Assembly: GCA_965246885.1 (NCBI GenBank)
Contig: OZ251992.1
Coordinates: forward strand, 256,001-320,000
Direction of reading: 5' to 3'
Origin: Abditibacterium sp.
GTDB lineage: Bacteria > Armatimonadota > Abditibacteriia > Abditibacteriales > Abditibacteriaceae
Length of the DNA stretch: 64,000 bases
This document shows positions 27,405 to 37,469 of this stretch, piece after piece; position 1 is the first letter of the stretch; every line of letters begins with the position of its first letter. A program made the translations under genes and the position numbers. Below the pieces are notes generated by a model. It made no database searches. It saw only the letters and a list, made by a program, of their open reading frames with translations, and had not been told where the DNA came from.

Positions 27405-28612
27405 CCGCGCGCGGCGAAGCGGGCGGACGGCTCGACGTGCTGGGCGGCTTGTTCGGGGAAGCGGGCATCTTGGCATTGTCCAAGGGCACGCGCGCCGCGA
27501 CGTGGGTGGAAGTTTCGCCCCGCGCGGGCAAAGACGGCACTTCCTTTTCCGTACAGGGCGAGCGCGACCGCGCGCCTTTTGTCATCGAAAGCCTTTCTCT
27601 GCGCGCTCTGCTCGCTTTGCCGCCGCACGAATGGCGGGCCAAACTTGGGGCGCGCGGCGCGCCCGACTGGATGGGCAACGTGTGGGGCGCGTTTGGCGTG
27701 TTTGCGCGCGCAACGGAGTGGTGGCCCGAAACCGGCCTGCACCTACGCGCCGCATCCAACGTGCCCAGCGAGCGCGGGTTGGCGTCGGCTTCGGCGCTGT
27801 GCTTGGCGACACTGCGCGCCTTGGAAGGCGTCGCGGGCTATCACCTCTCTCCCAGCGAGGCGGCGCACTGGGCGCTGGTGGTGCGCTGCGAAATCATGGG
27901 CGCTTCGTGCGACCTGAGCCAACCCCTCGCGTGCGCCGTCGGGTCGTCTGACGCGCTCAGCCCGGTGCTGTATCGCCCCGACCAAGTGCGCGAAGCGCTC
28001 GCCATTCCGTCAGGTTTGAGCGTGGTCGGTTGCCCGGTTGGCAGTGAGGCAGGCGAAGCGGGGGAAGACCCCGGTCGCGTGGCGCGGATCGCAGCGCGCA
28101 TGGGGCGCGTCATGTTGGAACGCAAGTGGGGGCCGCGCGCCTTCTTGTGCGAGTTCGCGCCCTCGCACGCAGGGGACTTGCCCGCAGATGTGAAAGCGCG
28201 CGAGTTTCGGGCGCGCTTTGGCGACGCCGCTCTCCCCTTAGATGAAGCGGGCGACGACGGACACGCCTTTCCCGTGCGCGCCGCCACGACGTGGGCGCTC
28301 GAAGACCACTTTCGCGCCAACTTGGTTTCCACTCTGCTGGGTATCCCCGACGCGCGCCGCGCGTTCTCTTTAGCGGGCGAATTGCTGTTTCAATCCCACG
28401 CTGGAGCCACCCGTTTGGGGTTATCCTCGCCCGCGTGCGATGGCCTGATCGCCGCGATTCGGGCGCGCGGGCTACGCGGGGGTTTTCTCGGAGCGCGCGT
28501 TTCGGGGGAGGGTCGCATCAAAACCGTCGTCGTTCTCCTTGAAACCCGCGTCTGGGACGAATTGGAAGCGTTGCGCGCCGACCATTCCCCCGCAGGCGCG
28601 TTTGTGGAGTAA
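27401..28612 (+). CDS. GHMP kinase-fold protein (galactokinase/arabinokinase-like), divergent
   Basis: GRLDVLGG, SNVPSERGLASASAL, GELLFQSH and GARVSGEG, all degenerate GHMP motifs; ATGA-coupled to the upstream gene. Confidence 0.68.
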   Translation: MTARGEAGGRLDVLGGLFGEAGILALSKGTRAATWVEVSPRAGKDGTSFSVQGERDRAPFVIESLSLRALLALPPHEWRAKLGARGAPDWMGNVWGAFGVFARATEWWPETGLHLRAASNVPSERGLASASALCLATLRALEGVAGYHLSPSEAAHWALVVRCEIMGASCDLSQPLACAVGSSDALSPVLYRPDQVREALAIPSGLSVVGCPVGSEAGEAGEDPGRVARIAARMGRVMLERKWGPRAFLCEFAPSHAGDLPADVKAREFRARFGDAALPLDEAGDDGHAFPVRAATTWALEDHFRANLVSTLLGIPDARRAFSLAGELLFQSHAGATRLGLSSPACDGLIAAIRARGLRGGFLGARVSGEGRIKTVVVLLETRVWDELEALRADHSPAGAFVE

Positions 28613-28674
28613 AATTAAAGCGAGGCACAGGTCGAATCCCCCACCGTTCCACCCTTCCTGCTTGACTGAAGCGT

Positions 28675-30462
28675 ATGGCGTTGATCTCTTTTTCGGATGT
28701 GTCGCTGCGACTGGGCGATGCGCAGTTGCTGGACGGCGCCGCGTTTTCTTTGGAGCGCGGCGAGCGCGTCTGCTTGTTGGGGCGCAATGGCGAAGGCAAG
28801 TCGTCCCTCCTGCGCGTGCTCGCGGGCGACTTGGCGCCCCAAGGTGGCACCATCGCGCTTGGGCGCGGCGTGCGCTTGGCGATGCTGCCCCAAGAAGTGC
28901 CGTCGGGCGTTGTGGGAAGCGTGCGCGAGGTTATTGCGGGCGAGGGGCGAAGCGAAGAGTTCGAGATAGACACCCTCCTCTCGCGGCTCGACTTGGACGG
29001 CGCGGCGCGCTTCGAGGACTTGTCCGGCGGCCTCAAGCGGCGCGCCTTTCTGGGCCGCGCCCTCGCGGAGCAACCGGACGTGCTCCTGCTCGATGAGCCG
29101 ACCAACCATCTGGACATAGATTCCATCGCGTGGCTCGAAGAGTTTCTGGTGCGTCACGTCAAGACGCTGCTTTTCGTGAGCCACGACCGCGCGTTTTTGC
29201 GGCGCATCGCCACCCGCATCGTGGAACTCGACCGGGGGCAGTTGCGCTCCTTCGATTGCCCGTACGACACCTACTTGGAGCGCAAGGAAGCCCTCCTGGA
29301 AGCCGAGGAAACCTCCCGCGCCTTGTTCGACAAGCGGCTCAAAGAAGAGGAAGCGTGGATTCGGCGCGGCGTCGAAGCGCGGCGCACCAAATCTCTGGCC
29401 CGCATCCGCGAGTTAATGGTCATGCGGCAAGACCGCGCGGGTCGCCGCGAACGCGCCGGCGCCATCGAGCTTCAAGCCCAAGACGCCAATCGGTCGGGCC
29501 GCCTCGTGGTTGAAGCCAAAGACCTCGCCTTTGCTTACCCCGGCGCCCCGCACCCCATCGTTGACGGCTTTTCGACGGTGATTATGCGCGGCGACAAAAT
29601 CGGCATCATCGGCCCCAACGGAAGCGGCAAAACGACTCTGCTCCGCTTGTTGCTTGGCCAACTGGCGCCCCAAAGCGGCGAAATCCGCTTGGGCACCAAC
29701 CTGCAAATCGCCTACTTCGACCAACTGCGCGCCCAACTGGACGACAACGCTTCCGTTCAACAAAACGTGGCGGGCGAGTCCTCCACCGTCTTGTGGAACG
29801 GCGAACACCGGCACGTCGTCGGCTTTCTGAGCGAGTTCGGCTTTGACTCCAAGCGCGTGCGCCAAAAGGCGGGGCTTTTGTCGGGCGGCGAGCGCAACCG
29901 CCTCCTGCTCGCCAAGCTGTTCACCCAACCCGCCAACCTGCTCGTCTTGGACGAGCCGACCAACGACTTGGACATAGACACCCTCGACACTCTGGAGAAC
30001 CTGCTGGTCGAGTTCAAGGGGACGCTCCTCATGGTGTCGCACGACCGCCAATTCCTCAACGACGTCGCCACTTCCACTTTTGTCTTCGAGGCCGATGCGA
30101 CGGGCGCCTTGCACCTGCGCGAATACGTCGGCGGCTACGACGACTGGCTACGCCAACGGCCCAAGGGGGAACCCGAAGCCAAAACCAAAACTGCCGCCGT
30201 TGCCGTTTCGCTCGCCGCGCCGGTGAGCGCCGAAAAGCCGCGCAAGTTGGGCTTCAAGGAAACCCGCGACTTGGAAGAGTTACCCGCGCGCATCGAAAAG
30301 TTGGAAGCCGAGCAGACGCGATTGGGCGAACAGATGGGCGACGCCGCTTTTTATCAGGGCGACGCCCAAAAAGTCGCCGCCACTGCCGCGCGCCTCACCG
30401 CCATTGAAGGGGAGTTAAAAAGCGCCTTCGCGCGCTGGGAGGAATTGCTCGCGCGCGCGTAG
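28675..30462 (+). CDS. uup: ABC-F family ATPase (Uup-like)
   Basis: Two NBDs (GRNGEGKS/LSGG/DEPTNHLD and GPNGSGKT/LSGGERNRL/DEPTNDLD), EEAWIRRGVEARRTK linker and coiled-coil C-terminus. Confidence 0.88.
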   Translation: MALISFSDVSLRLGDAQLLDGAAFSLERGERVCLLGRNGEGKSSLLRVLAGDLAPQGGTIALGRGVRLAMLPQEVPSGVVGSVREVIAGEGRSEEFEIDTLLSRLDLDGAARFEDLSGGLKRRAFLGRALAEQPDVLLLDEPTNHLDIDSIAWLEEFLVRHVKTLLFVSHDRAFLRRIATRIVELDRGQLRSFDCPYDTYLERKEALLEAEETSRALFDKRLKEEEAWIRRGVEARRTKSLARIRELMVMRQDRAGRRERAGAIELQAQDANRSGRLVVEAKDLAFAYPGAPHPIVDGFSTVIMRGDKIGIIGPNGSGKTTLLRLLLGQLAPQSGEIRLGTNLQIAYFDQLRAQLDDNASVQQNVAGESSTVLWNGEHRHVVGFLSEFGFDSKRVRQKAGLLSGGERNRLLLAKLFTQPANLLVLDEPTNDLDIDTLDTLENLLVEFKGTLLMVSHDRQFLNDVATSTFVFEADATGALHLREYVGGYDDWLRQRPKGEPEAKTKTAAVAVSLAAPVSAEKPRKLGFKETRDLEELPARIEKLEAEQTRLGEQMGDAAFYQGDAQKVAATAARLTAIEGELKSAFARWEELLARA

Positions 30463-30580
30463 AAAGACGGCGGCGACGCGGTGACAGACGGCGGCAAAAG
30501 AGTGCCAGACGTCCGGGAATTGGTGGCGGACGGCGGCGAAAGAGTGCCAGACGTCTGTCAGCGAGTCGCCGCCGCATGGG
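30459..30580. repeat. degenerate 21-nt tandem repeat, about 5-6 units (family A)
   Basis: RGACG anchors at 30465, 30486, 30507, 30528 and 30549. Confidence 0.8.
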
Positions 30581-30664
30581 AACCGAAGAAGTAAGAATCT
30601 TCTGAGGGGAACGGCTTCGGTGGGAAATTTGGCGCGCGGTTGGCGTCTATGCCAGAGGAAACCC

Positions 30665-31390
30665 ATGACCACTTCGACCTCAACTCCAGAAAAAGAGCGC
30701 GCGCCACTGTCTCCGACGGGTGCGCCCACCCTCACGCAGAAGCCGGACGAGGACGAGCAAGACCCCGAACCGCGCTGGCCCGCCGTAATTGCGCTGGTTG
30801 CGGTGGTGGCCCTCAACTACGCGCTGCCCGCCTCGCTCATCGCGTGGCCGCGCCCGTTGTTCGGGATCATCATCGGTATTTTGCTGATACCGACCATCGT
30901 TTCGCACAAGACCAAAGCGCACAATATCAACCAACTCTTCGGGTATTTGGTGAATGGCATCGAAACGCTCGCGCTCATTGCCTCGCTCTGTCTGCTGGTG
31001 CGCGCCTTGCCCAAGGGCATCGAAAAGCCGGTGCCGCTCCTGTATAGCGCAGTGTTGTTGTGGGCGTCGAACATTTTGGTGTTTGCGCTGTGGTATTGGC
31101 GGGTGGACGCGGGCGGGCCGCACCGCCGCGACGAAGTGGCGGGCCACAAATGCGGCGCGATTCTGTTTCCGCAAATGACGATAGACCCGACCAGCCCCTC
31201 GTACGACCCCGACTGGTCGCCGCAGTTCGTGGACTACCTGTTTGTGGCGTTCAACACGGCTACGGCGTATTCCCCGACCGATTCGCCCATCATGACGCGC
31301 AACATGAAGTTGCTCACCATGACGCAGTCGGCGATTTCTCTTACCATCCTGACGCTTCTGGCCGCGCGCGCGGTCAACATCCTGACTTAA
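30665..31390 (+). CDS. membrane protein (DUF1345-like)
   Basis: EPRWPA, several TM helices, FALWYW..D.GGP, LFPQM, DYLFVAF..ATAYSPTD and ARAVNIL motifs. Confidence 0.75.
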   Translation: MTTSTSTPEKERAPLSPTGAPTLTQKPDEDEQDPEPRWPAVIALVAVVALNYALPASLIAWPRPLFGIIIGILLIPTIVSHKTKAHNINQLFGYLVNGIETLALIASLCLLVRALPKGIEKPVPLLYSAVLLWASNILVFALWYWRVDAGGPHRRDEVAGHKCGAILFPQMTIDPTSPSYDPDWSPQFVDYLFVAFNTATAYSPTDSPIMTRNMKLLTMTQSAISLTILTLLAARAVNILT

Positions 31391-31438
31391 GGGGCGACGG
31401 TGGCATGACCGCTTCGATTTGGGTTAAAATTGCGCCCG

Positions 31439-32266
31439 ATGAATGAACCTAAGTTGATAAACAAGTTGATGGCCGAGTTTCTCGGCACGCTGTGGCTGAC
31501 TTTTGGCGGCTGCGGAAGCGCGGTGTTGGCGGCGAAGTTTCTGGCCCAAGAAGGCGCGACGCCGCTCAATCTGGGCATTGGACTGGTGGGCGTGTCGCTC
31601 GCGTTTGGTTTGACGGTGCTTTCGATGGCCTACGCCGTCGGGCACATTTCGGGCGGGCACTTTAACCCGGCGGTGTCGCTGGGTTTGGTGGTGGGCAAGC
31701 GTTTTCCGGCGTCGCAACTGCTGCCGTATTGGGGCGCGCAGGTGCTGGGCGCGATTGTCGGCGCGCTGATTTTGTTCGTGATTGCGTCGGGCAAGGCGGG
31801 CTTTTCGGCGGGCGGTTTCGCGGGCGCGGGCGCCTTTGCAACCAACGGATACGGCGACCTGTCGCCGGGCGGCTACTCCCTTATCGCGTGCTTTGTTGCC
31901 GAAGTGGTGCTGACGGCGTTCTTTTTGTTGATTATTTTGGGCGCGACTGACGCCCGCGCGCCGCAAGGCTTCGCGCCGATTGCCATTGGCTTGGGGCTGA
32001 CGCTGATTCACCTCATCGGCATCCCGGTGACGAACCTGAGCGTGAATCCGGCGCGCTCGACTGGCCCCGCGCTGATGGCGGCGCTCAATGGCGGTGGCGG
32101 GCACATCGCGCAACTGTGGCTGTTTTGGCTGGCGCCGCTTGTGGGCGCAGCGATTGGCGGCGCCTTGTATCCGCTCGTGGCGGGCGATGCCGGAACGCGC
32201 GCGGTGGACACGCAGTCCGAGCCGGGCGCTGGCCCCGCCGGTCGTATCGGTGAGCGCGCGGCGTAG
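31439..32266 (+). CDS. aqpZ: aquaporin Z
   Basis: [27 protein letters not shown] and NLSVNPARS motifs. Confidence 0.95.
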   Translation: MNEPKLINKLMAEFLGTLWLTFGGCGSAVLAAKFLAQEGATPLNLGIGLVGVSLAFGLTVLSMAYAVGHISGGHFNPAVSLGLVVGKRFPASQLLPYWGAQVLGAIVGALILFVIASGKAGFSAGGFAGAGAFATNGYGDLSPGGYSLIACFVAEVVLTAFFLLIILGATDARAPQGFAPIAIGLGLTLIHLIGIPVTNLSVNPARSTGPALMAALNGGGGHIAQLWLFWLAPLVGAAIGGALYPLVAGDAGTRAVDTQSEPGAGPAGRIGERAA

Positions 32267-32314
32267 TGCGAGATGGCGGCGGTTTGGGCGCGTAATTCGC
32301 CGTTAAAGGCCGCG

Positions 32315-32974
32315 ATGCAACGCTTCACCCCCGCCGCCCTGCGCGGACTGTTAGTTGGTTTGGCGCTGGTCGTCGTGTCACTACCGAGGCTGTGGGCGCT
32401 GCACGGCGCCTTGGGGTTGGGGAAGCCGCCCGCCGAAGGCTTGTTGTTGCTGGGCGGGGCGGTGATGCTGTCGCTGGCATTGTCGGGCGCGGCGGGAGCG
32501 TTTATCGGTCGCACGCACGGCAACGCGACGTTGGCGGCGCTCGCGGGGCTGGCCATTGCCCTGAGCGCCTGCTTTGTGGCGGCGCCCTTTTATGGGGCCT
32601 TAGTGATGGACGACGTGGACAGGGACGCGACGGAAATGGTCGTTCGTGAGGGAGGCCGCCTGACGGAAGGGGCGCAAAGTGCCGTCGAAAACGGCGCGCT
32701 CACGCGGGCGCAGGGCACCCTCGAAGCCGCGCGGCAGGGGCGGATGCGCGAGGAAATGGCGCGCTTGCAAGCGCAGGCCAAAGCCGCGACTTCGCCGCAA
32801 GCGCGCGGGCGAGCCGCCAATGCCGCGCAAGATTTGGCCGACCAACTGGCGCCCAAAGGCGTGGAACTATTCAAATCCGGCGTGGCGCGGCTGAGCGCGT
32901 TTGCCTTGTTGCTGTGGGCCATCGGCGCGGCGCCCATCGGCGCGGCGTGGGAATGTCGCCGTGCGCGGCGTTAA
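32315..32974 (+). CDS. hypothetical membrane protein
   Basis: Three N-terminal TM segments, helical linker, C-terminal TM; start uncertain. Confidence 0.6.
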   Translation: MQRFTPAALRGLLVGLALVVVSLPRLWALHGALGLGKPPAEGLLLLGGAVMLSLALSGAAGAFIGRTHGNATLAALAGLAIALSACFVAAPFYGALVMDDVDRDATEMVVREGGRLTEGAQSAVENGALTRAQGTLEAARQGRMREEMARLQAQAKAATSPQARGRAANAAQDLADQLAPKGVELFKSGVARLSAFALLLWAIGAAPIGAAWECRRARR

Positions 32975-33261
32975 CAGGCGCTACCCTGTTCGGTGTCCAA
33001 CACATCGCGCGCGTCGGGGTGGCGCGCGAAGTAGGTCACCATGAACGGGCACACGGGCACGATTTTGCCGCCTTCGCGCCGCGCGTGTTCGACGATGCCC
33101 GCCGCCAACTGTGAGGCGACCCCGCCGCCCCGCAAGGCGACGGGCACTTCGACGTGGGTGACGATCCACTTATTTGGCTCGGTGCGGCAGTCGGCGATGG
33201 CGGTTTCACCGTCGGTTGCTAATTCAAAGCGCGAGCGCGCGGCGTTCCATTGGACGTTCAT
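32971..33261 (-). CDS. GNAT family N-acetyltransferase (YjdJ-like)
   Basis: THVEVPVALRGGGVASQL...KIVPVCPF...HP motif. Confidence 0.88.
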   Translation of the reverse strand: MNVQWNAARSRFELATDGETAIADCRTEPNKWIVTHVEVPVALRGGGVASQLAAGIVEHARREGGKIVPVCPFMVTYFARHPDARDVLDTEQGSAC

Positions 33262-33309
33262 GAAGGGCGCGACGCCGCAAGATGGGCGCCGCGCCTTAAA
33301 ATGTCTGGC

Positions 33310-34113
33310 ATGGTTTCGGTTTGTTTAATCGGCGCGGGCGGGCGCATGGGCTTGGAAATCGTGCGCGCGCTTTACAACGACGCTGACACGCAGTTAGCCG
33401 CCGCCGTTGGCACCCCTCGCACGGCGGGGCAAGACGCGGGCGCCTTGGCAGGCATCGGAGGGGTTGGCGTCGCGGTGGCTACCGACCTGAGTAGCGCCTT
33501 GGGCGCGACGCGCCCAAGGGCAGACGTGGCGCTCGATGTCAGCGTTCCCGCCGCCGTGATGGGCAACGCCCAGACCGCACTTCGGGCGGGCGTTCCACTC
33601 GTCATCGGCGCAACGGGGTTGTCCAAAGACGACTTAGCCCATCTCGACGCCCTCGCCAAGGAAGCGAACGTCCCCGTTCTGGTGGCCCCCAACTTTGCCA
33701 TCGGCGCCATCCTGATGATGCGCTTTGCTGCCGAGGCCGCGAAGTATTTCGACAACGCCGAGATACTCGAATTTCACCACGACAAGAAACTCGACGCGCC
33801 GTCCGGCACGGCGTTCAAGACCGCGCTGCTCATGCGCGAAGCGCGCGGGTCGGACTTTGAGCGGGTGGGCGGCGACGATGCCAACGCTCCCGGAGCGCGC
33901 GGCGGGCAGATGGGCGGCGTCGCGCTCCATTCCATCCGCCAACCGGGGTTTCTGGCGCACCAAGAAGTCATCTTTGGCATGAAGGGTCAAACTCTGCACA
34001 TCCGCCACGACGCCCTTTCCCGCGAGTGCTACATGCCCGGCGTCCTGCTCGCCGTGAAGCGGGTGCGCGGCCTCGCGGCGGGTGTCCATTTCGGTCTGGA
34101 GAACGTCTTATGA
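33310..34113 (+). CDS. dapB: 4-hydroxy-tetrahydrodipicolinate reductase
   Basis: GAGGRMG, VIGATG, APNFAIG and EFHHDKKLDAPSGTA motifs. Confidence 0.96.
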   Translation: MVSVCLIGAGGRMGLEIVRALYNDADTQLAAAVGTPRTAGQDAGALAGIGGVGVAVATDLSSALGATRPRADVALDVSVPAAVMGNAQTALRAGVPLVIGATGLSKDDLAHLDALAKEANVPVLVAPNFAIGAILMMRFAAEAAKYFDNAEILEFHHDKKLDAPSGTAFKTALLMREARGSDFERVGGDDANAPGARGGQMGGVALHSIRQPGFLAHQEVIFGMKGQTLHIRHDALSRECYMPGVLLAVKRVRGLAAGVHFGLENVL

Positions 34114-34889
34114 AGAGAACCTTCCTACTCTTAGCGGTGCTGGGTGTTGCCTCCATCGCGCACGCGCACCCGGAGCCAACGCTCGACATAGACGCTCTCG
34201 TATGGGGCAGCGATGCGGTCGTCGAGGGCACGGTCGCCAAGGCCCACACTCGCACTTACCCGCCCCGCGACGGCGGCTTCACCGTCGTGGAAAGCGCCGA
34301 TGTGCGCGTGGAAAGGGGATGGATGGGCGCCATCCTGCCGGGGCGCACCGTCCTCGTCGGCGACCTGTCACTTTACTCCGTCGGCGGCGGCGAGGGCGCT
34401 GTGGCGTCCGCGCTTGGCATCCTCACCGAGAACGGCAAAACGGTCACGGAGTGGGTGCGCCCTTCCGAGCCGCGCTCGTTGGGGGCGGGCGACCGCGCCA
34501 TCTTCTTCTTGCGAGACGCCCGCAGGCACCCTGACGCTTACGGCGCGGCGGGGTTCGCCGCGTTGCCTTCGGGCATACGGATGGTGCGCGGCGGGCGAGT
34601 TTGGGGCTTTCGGCAGTGGAGCAATCCCGGCGGCTACGGCGAAACCGCCCCCGTATCGCGCGCCGCTTTTGACGCCGGGTTCGCCGCCAGCCGCGCGCGC
34701 ATCGCCGAGTTAAAAGCGCGCTTGCACAACCCGCCGCGCGCCGCAGACCGCGCCTTCTTCGCGCGCTGGAAAGCCGCCCGCCAAAGCGCGAGGCAAGGCC
34801 GCGACTCTTGGGGCGCCGATCAGGGCCTCACGCAAGCCCTCGACGAGCGGCTCGCCCAAATCGCGCGCGTCGCGCCCCAAACCCGCTAA
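34110..34889 (+). CDS. secreted hypothetical protein
   Basis: MKRTFLLL...AHA signal peptide; ATGA overlap with dapB. Confidence 0.65.
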   Translation: MKRTFLLLAVLGVASIAHAHPEPTLDIDALVWGSDAVVEGTVAKAHTRTYPPRDGGFTVVESADVRVERGWMGAILPGRTVLVGDLSLYSVGGGEGAVASALGILTENGKTVTEWVRPSEPRSLGAGDRAIFFLRDARRHPDAYGAAGFAALPSGIRMVRGGRVWGFRQWSNPGGYGETAPVSRAAFDAGFAASRARIAELKARLHNPPRAADRAFFARWKAARQSARQGRDSWGADQGLTQALDERLAQIARVAPQTR

Positions 34890-34904
34890 ACCAAACTATT
34901 CTCC

Positions 34905-35981
34905 ATGACTAAGAAGAAAGTCGCCGTTGTTGGCGCGACCGGCATCGCCGGTCAACAGTTCCTCGCCGCCCTGCCCGCTCACCCGCAGTTTGAACTGGTC
35001 GCGCTCGCCGCTTCCCACCGCAGCGCGGGCAAGACGTATCTCGACGCCATCCGCGAGCCGTCCGGCATGGTGGGCTGGTGGTGCGACGAGCCGCTCGACC
35101 CCGCTTTCGCCGCCATGACCGTGCAGGACTCCCTCGCTTTCGACGCCCAAAGCGTTGACCTCGTGTTTACCGCCGTCGAGTCGGACGCGGCCAAGGAGTT
35201 GGAGCCGATATACGCCCGCACCACGCCCGTTGTTTCGACCGCCAGCGCGTTCCGCTACTTCGACGACACGCCCATCTTCGTCCCCGGCGTCAACAACGCG
35301 CACATCGCGCTCCTCGACCGCCAAGCGCGCGAGCGCGGCTGGAAGGGCTTCGTCACGCCCGTCCCGAACTGCACCACGACCGGCCTCGTCATGACGCTCA
35401 AGCCCATCTTCGACGCCTTCGGCATTGCGGGCGTTGTGCTCACTTCGATGCAAGCGATGAGCGGCGCGGGACGGCGCGGCGGCGTCTTGGGCTTGGACGC
35501 GCTCGACAACATCATCCCCTATATCTCCGGCGAGGAAGAGAAAGTCCAGAAGGAAACGCAGAAGATTCTCGGCACACTTGGAAACGGCGCCATCACGCCC
35601 GCCAACTTCGGCGTGTCGGCGACTTGCACGCGCGCGAATGTGTCGGACGGCCACACCGAAGCCGTCTTCGTGGCGACCGAGCGGCCCTGCACGCCGGAAG
35701 AAGTCGCGCGCGTCATGCGCGAGTTCAAGGGCGGCTTGGAGGGCTTGCCTTCGACGCCGGAGCAGTTAATCTACGTTCACGACGACCCGTTTCGCCCCCA
35801 GCCGCGCCGCGACCGGGACATGGGCGCGGGCATGACAACCGTCGTGGGCCGCCTGCGCCCCGAAACCGTGCTGGGGCAAAGCGGCGTGAAGTACGTGCTG
35901 GTATCGCACAACACCAAGATGGGCGCCGCCAAAGGCGCCATCTTGGTAGCGGAACTGCTGCTACGCGAGGGGCGCATTTAA
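34905..35981 (+). CDS. asd: aspartate-semialdehyde dehydrogenase (archaeal/fungal-like type)
   Basis: GATGIAGQ, PNCTT, QAMSGAG, DNIIPYISGEEEK, DGHT, PQPRRDRD and SHNTKMGAA motifs. Confidence 0.95.
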   Translation: MTKKKVAVVGATGIAGQQFLAALPAHPQFELVALAASHRSAGKTYLDAIREPSGMVGWWCDEPLDPAFAAMTVQDSLAFDAQSVDLVFTAVESDAAKELEPIYARTTPVVSTASAFRYFDDTPIFVPGVNNAHIALLDRQARERGWKGFVTPVPNCTTTGLVMTLKPIFDAFGIAGVVLTSMQAMSGAGRRGGVLGLDALDNIIPYISGEEEKVQKETQKILGTLGNGAITPANFGVSATCTRANVSDGHTEAVFVATERPCTPEEVARVMREFKGGLEGLPSTPEQLIYVHDDPFRPQPRRDRDMGAGMTTVVGRLRPETVLGQSGVKYVLVSHNTKMGAAKGAILVAELLLREGRI

Positions 35982-35999
35982 CCTGCTTCCGCACTCCCC

Positions 36000-37004
36000 A
36001 TGATTTACGACGAGCAAGAACTGAAGCGGGCCATCGAAGCGGGCGAGCGGCGTTTGGCGCAGTCGCGGCAAGCGGCGCGCAAGCGGCGGCGCTCGGAAGC
36101 GCTGGGCATCGGCGCGGCGGTTGTGCTCGTGTCGCTTGTCTCGCTGTATTATCTCGCGTCGCGGCGCGTGCCGGGAGCGCCGCACTTTCTCGTCACGTGG
36201 CCCAAAACCGACGCGCCCCAAAGCGTGGCGTCGGGGCAAACGGTGCTCCTGCGCGAAGGGCAACCCTTCGACGTGACGGTTTCGGAAGCGCCGAAGTGGA
36301 ATGTGACGTGGACATCGCCCAACGCTTCGCAAAGCGGCGAGTCGGTTTCGTGGGCGCCGCAACAAAACGGGGAGCTATTGCTGGCGCGGTGTCGCGCGCA
36401 AAACACCGGCTGGGCGGCGCTCTTTTCCCATGTGGTGCCCACGCGCGACCTATCTCTGGGGTGCGTGGCGCCCACGCAAAGCGTCGGCTCGCGGCGCACG
36501 GTTTCCCTCCCCGATGCGGGCGCGTGGGTGTGCCCGCACGTGCAAGCCGCAGGAAACGTCGGTTGGGATGAGCGCGCTCTGCCCGCCCTGAGCGCCGCGA
36601 CTTCGGCGGTTCCTGACGCCGCTTTGTCGGAGAAGTTGGAAGCTCCGCCCACTCCCGCACTGTGGCAATTGGTCTCGAACTTCGACGGCGACACCCGCGC
36701 GCCCACCGAAGAAGCCGCCACCTACGCTTTGCTCCACGCCCCCCATCTGGAAGACGCGCTTCCCCAAGTCGCCGCCAAACTGGTGCGCCTCGCGCCCGAC
36801 GCGAGCGTGAAGTGGGTCTTGCGGTTGGATAAAGACGCGCCCGAAGGCATCATTCGCGTCGCCTTCGACGGCAAGCGGAGCCATCAAGCGTGGATCAAAC
36901 ACAAGGGAGTCGCCGCCGGAACCCCCGTCACCGGCTGGGAAACCGCCGCCAGCCCCGCCACTGCCCCTGAAGTGCCCACCCCCACGCCCACTTCGCGGCA
37001 GTGA
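36000..37004 (+). CDS. membrane-anchored hypothetical protein
   Basis: Basic segment, single TM, then a soluble domain with a Pro/Thr tail. Confidence 0.6.
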   Translation: MIYDEQELKRAIEAGERRLAQSRQAARKRRRSEALGIGAAVVLVSLVSLYYLASRRVPGAPHFLVTWPKTDAPQSVASGQTVLLREGQPFDVTVSEAPKWNVTWTSPNASQSGESVSWAPQQNGELLLARCRAQNTGWAALFSHVVPTRDLSLGCVAPTQSVGSRRTVSLPDAGAWVCPHVQAAGNVGWDERALPALSAATSAVPDAALSEKLEAPPTPALWQLVSNFDGDTRAPTEEAATYALLHAPHLEDALPQVAAKLVRLAPDASVKWVLRLDKDAPEGIIRVAFDGKRSHQAWIKHKGVAAGTPVTGWETAASPATAPEVPTPTPTSRQ

Positions 37005-37063
37005 CATGGAGATGTGCCTCCCAAAACGTCACCGTCAGGGCAACCGGCGGCAGCTGGAGTCGT

Positions 37064-37469
37064 CCAGACCTCGCCGAAGGCGAGTCAGAAGGTCATGGGT
37101 CGTACTGGAGCGCGATTGTCGCGGCCGCGCTCAACGGAACGGACAGCACGGCGTAAACCGACGCTTCGACCGCTTCAGTTCGGCGCCAACTGGCATTCCA
37201 TCAAGAGGTGGCGACATTGCTTTGGCTGGTCAACTCTTGCGGCATCGCCGTCGCCGCGCCCGCCGGGATGCGCGCCATCACCGGCCATCCTTGCCCGCCG
37301 TCGCTTGCACGGTTTGGCCGCGAAACGCCACGCGGACGACGGTTCCCATTGTGTCCCGGCCCCAAGCGGCGTCGCTTTGCCTTTGCTGCAACACCATGTT
37401 GTCGCCGATAACCGAGAGCAATAGCCCTTGGGCGCGCGCCGGAGCACACACGCAAAAAAGCCCGCACAA
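37064..37469 (-). pseudogene. remnant of a sialate O-acetylesterase-family gene (N-terminal part)
   Basis: IGDNMVLQQ...WG...V.FRGQTVQATAGKDGR* with TGA where W is usual; LAFGEVW at 37084-37064; the rest of the gene is absent. Confidence 0.65.
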
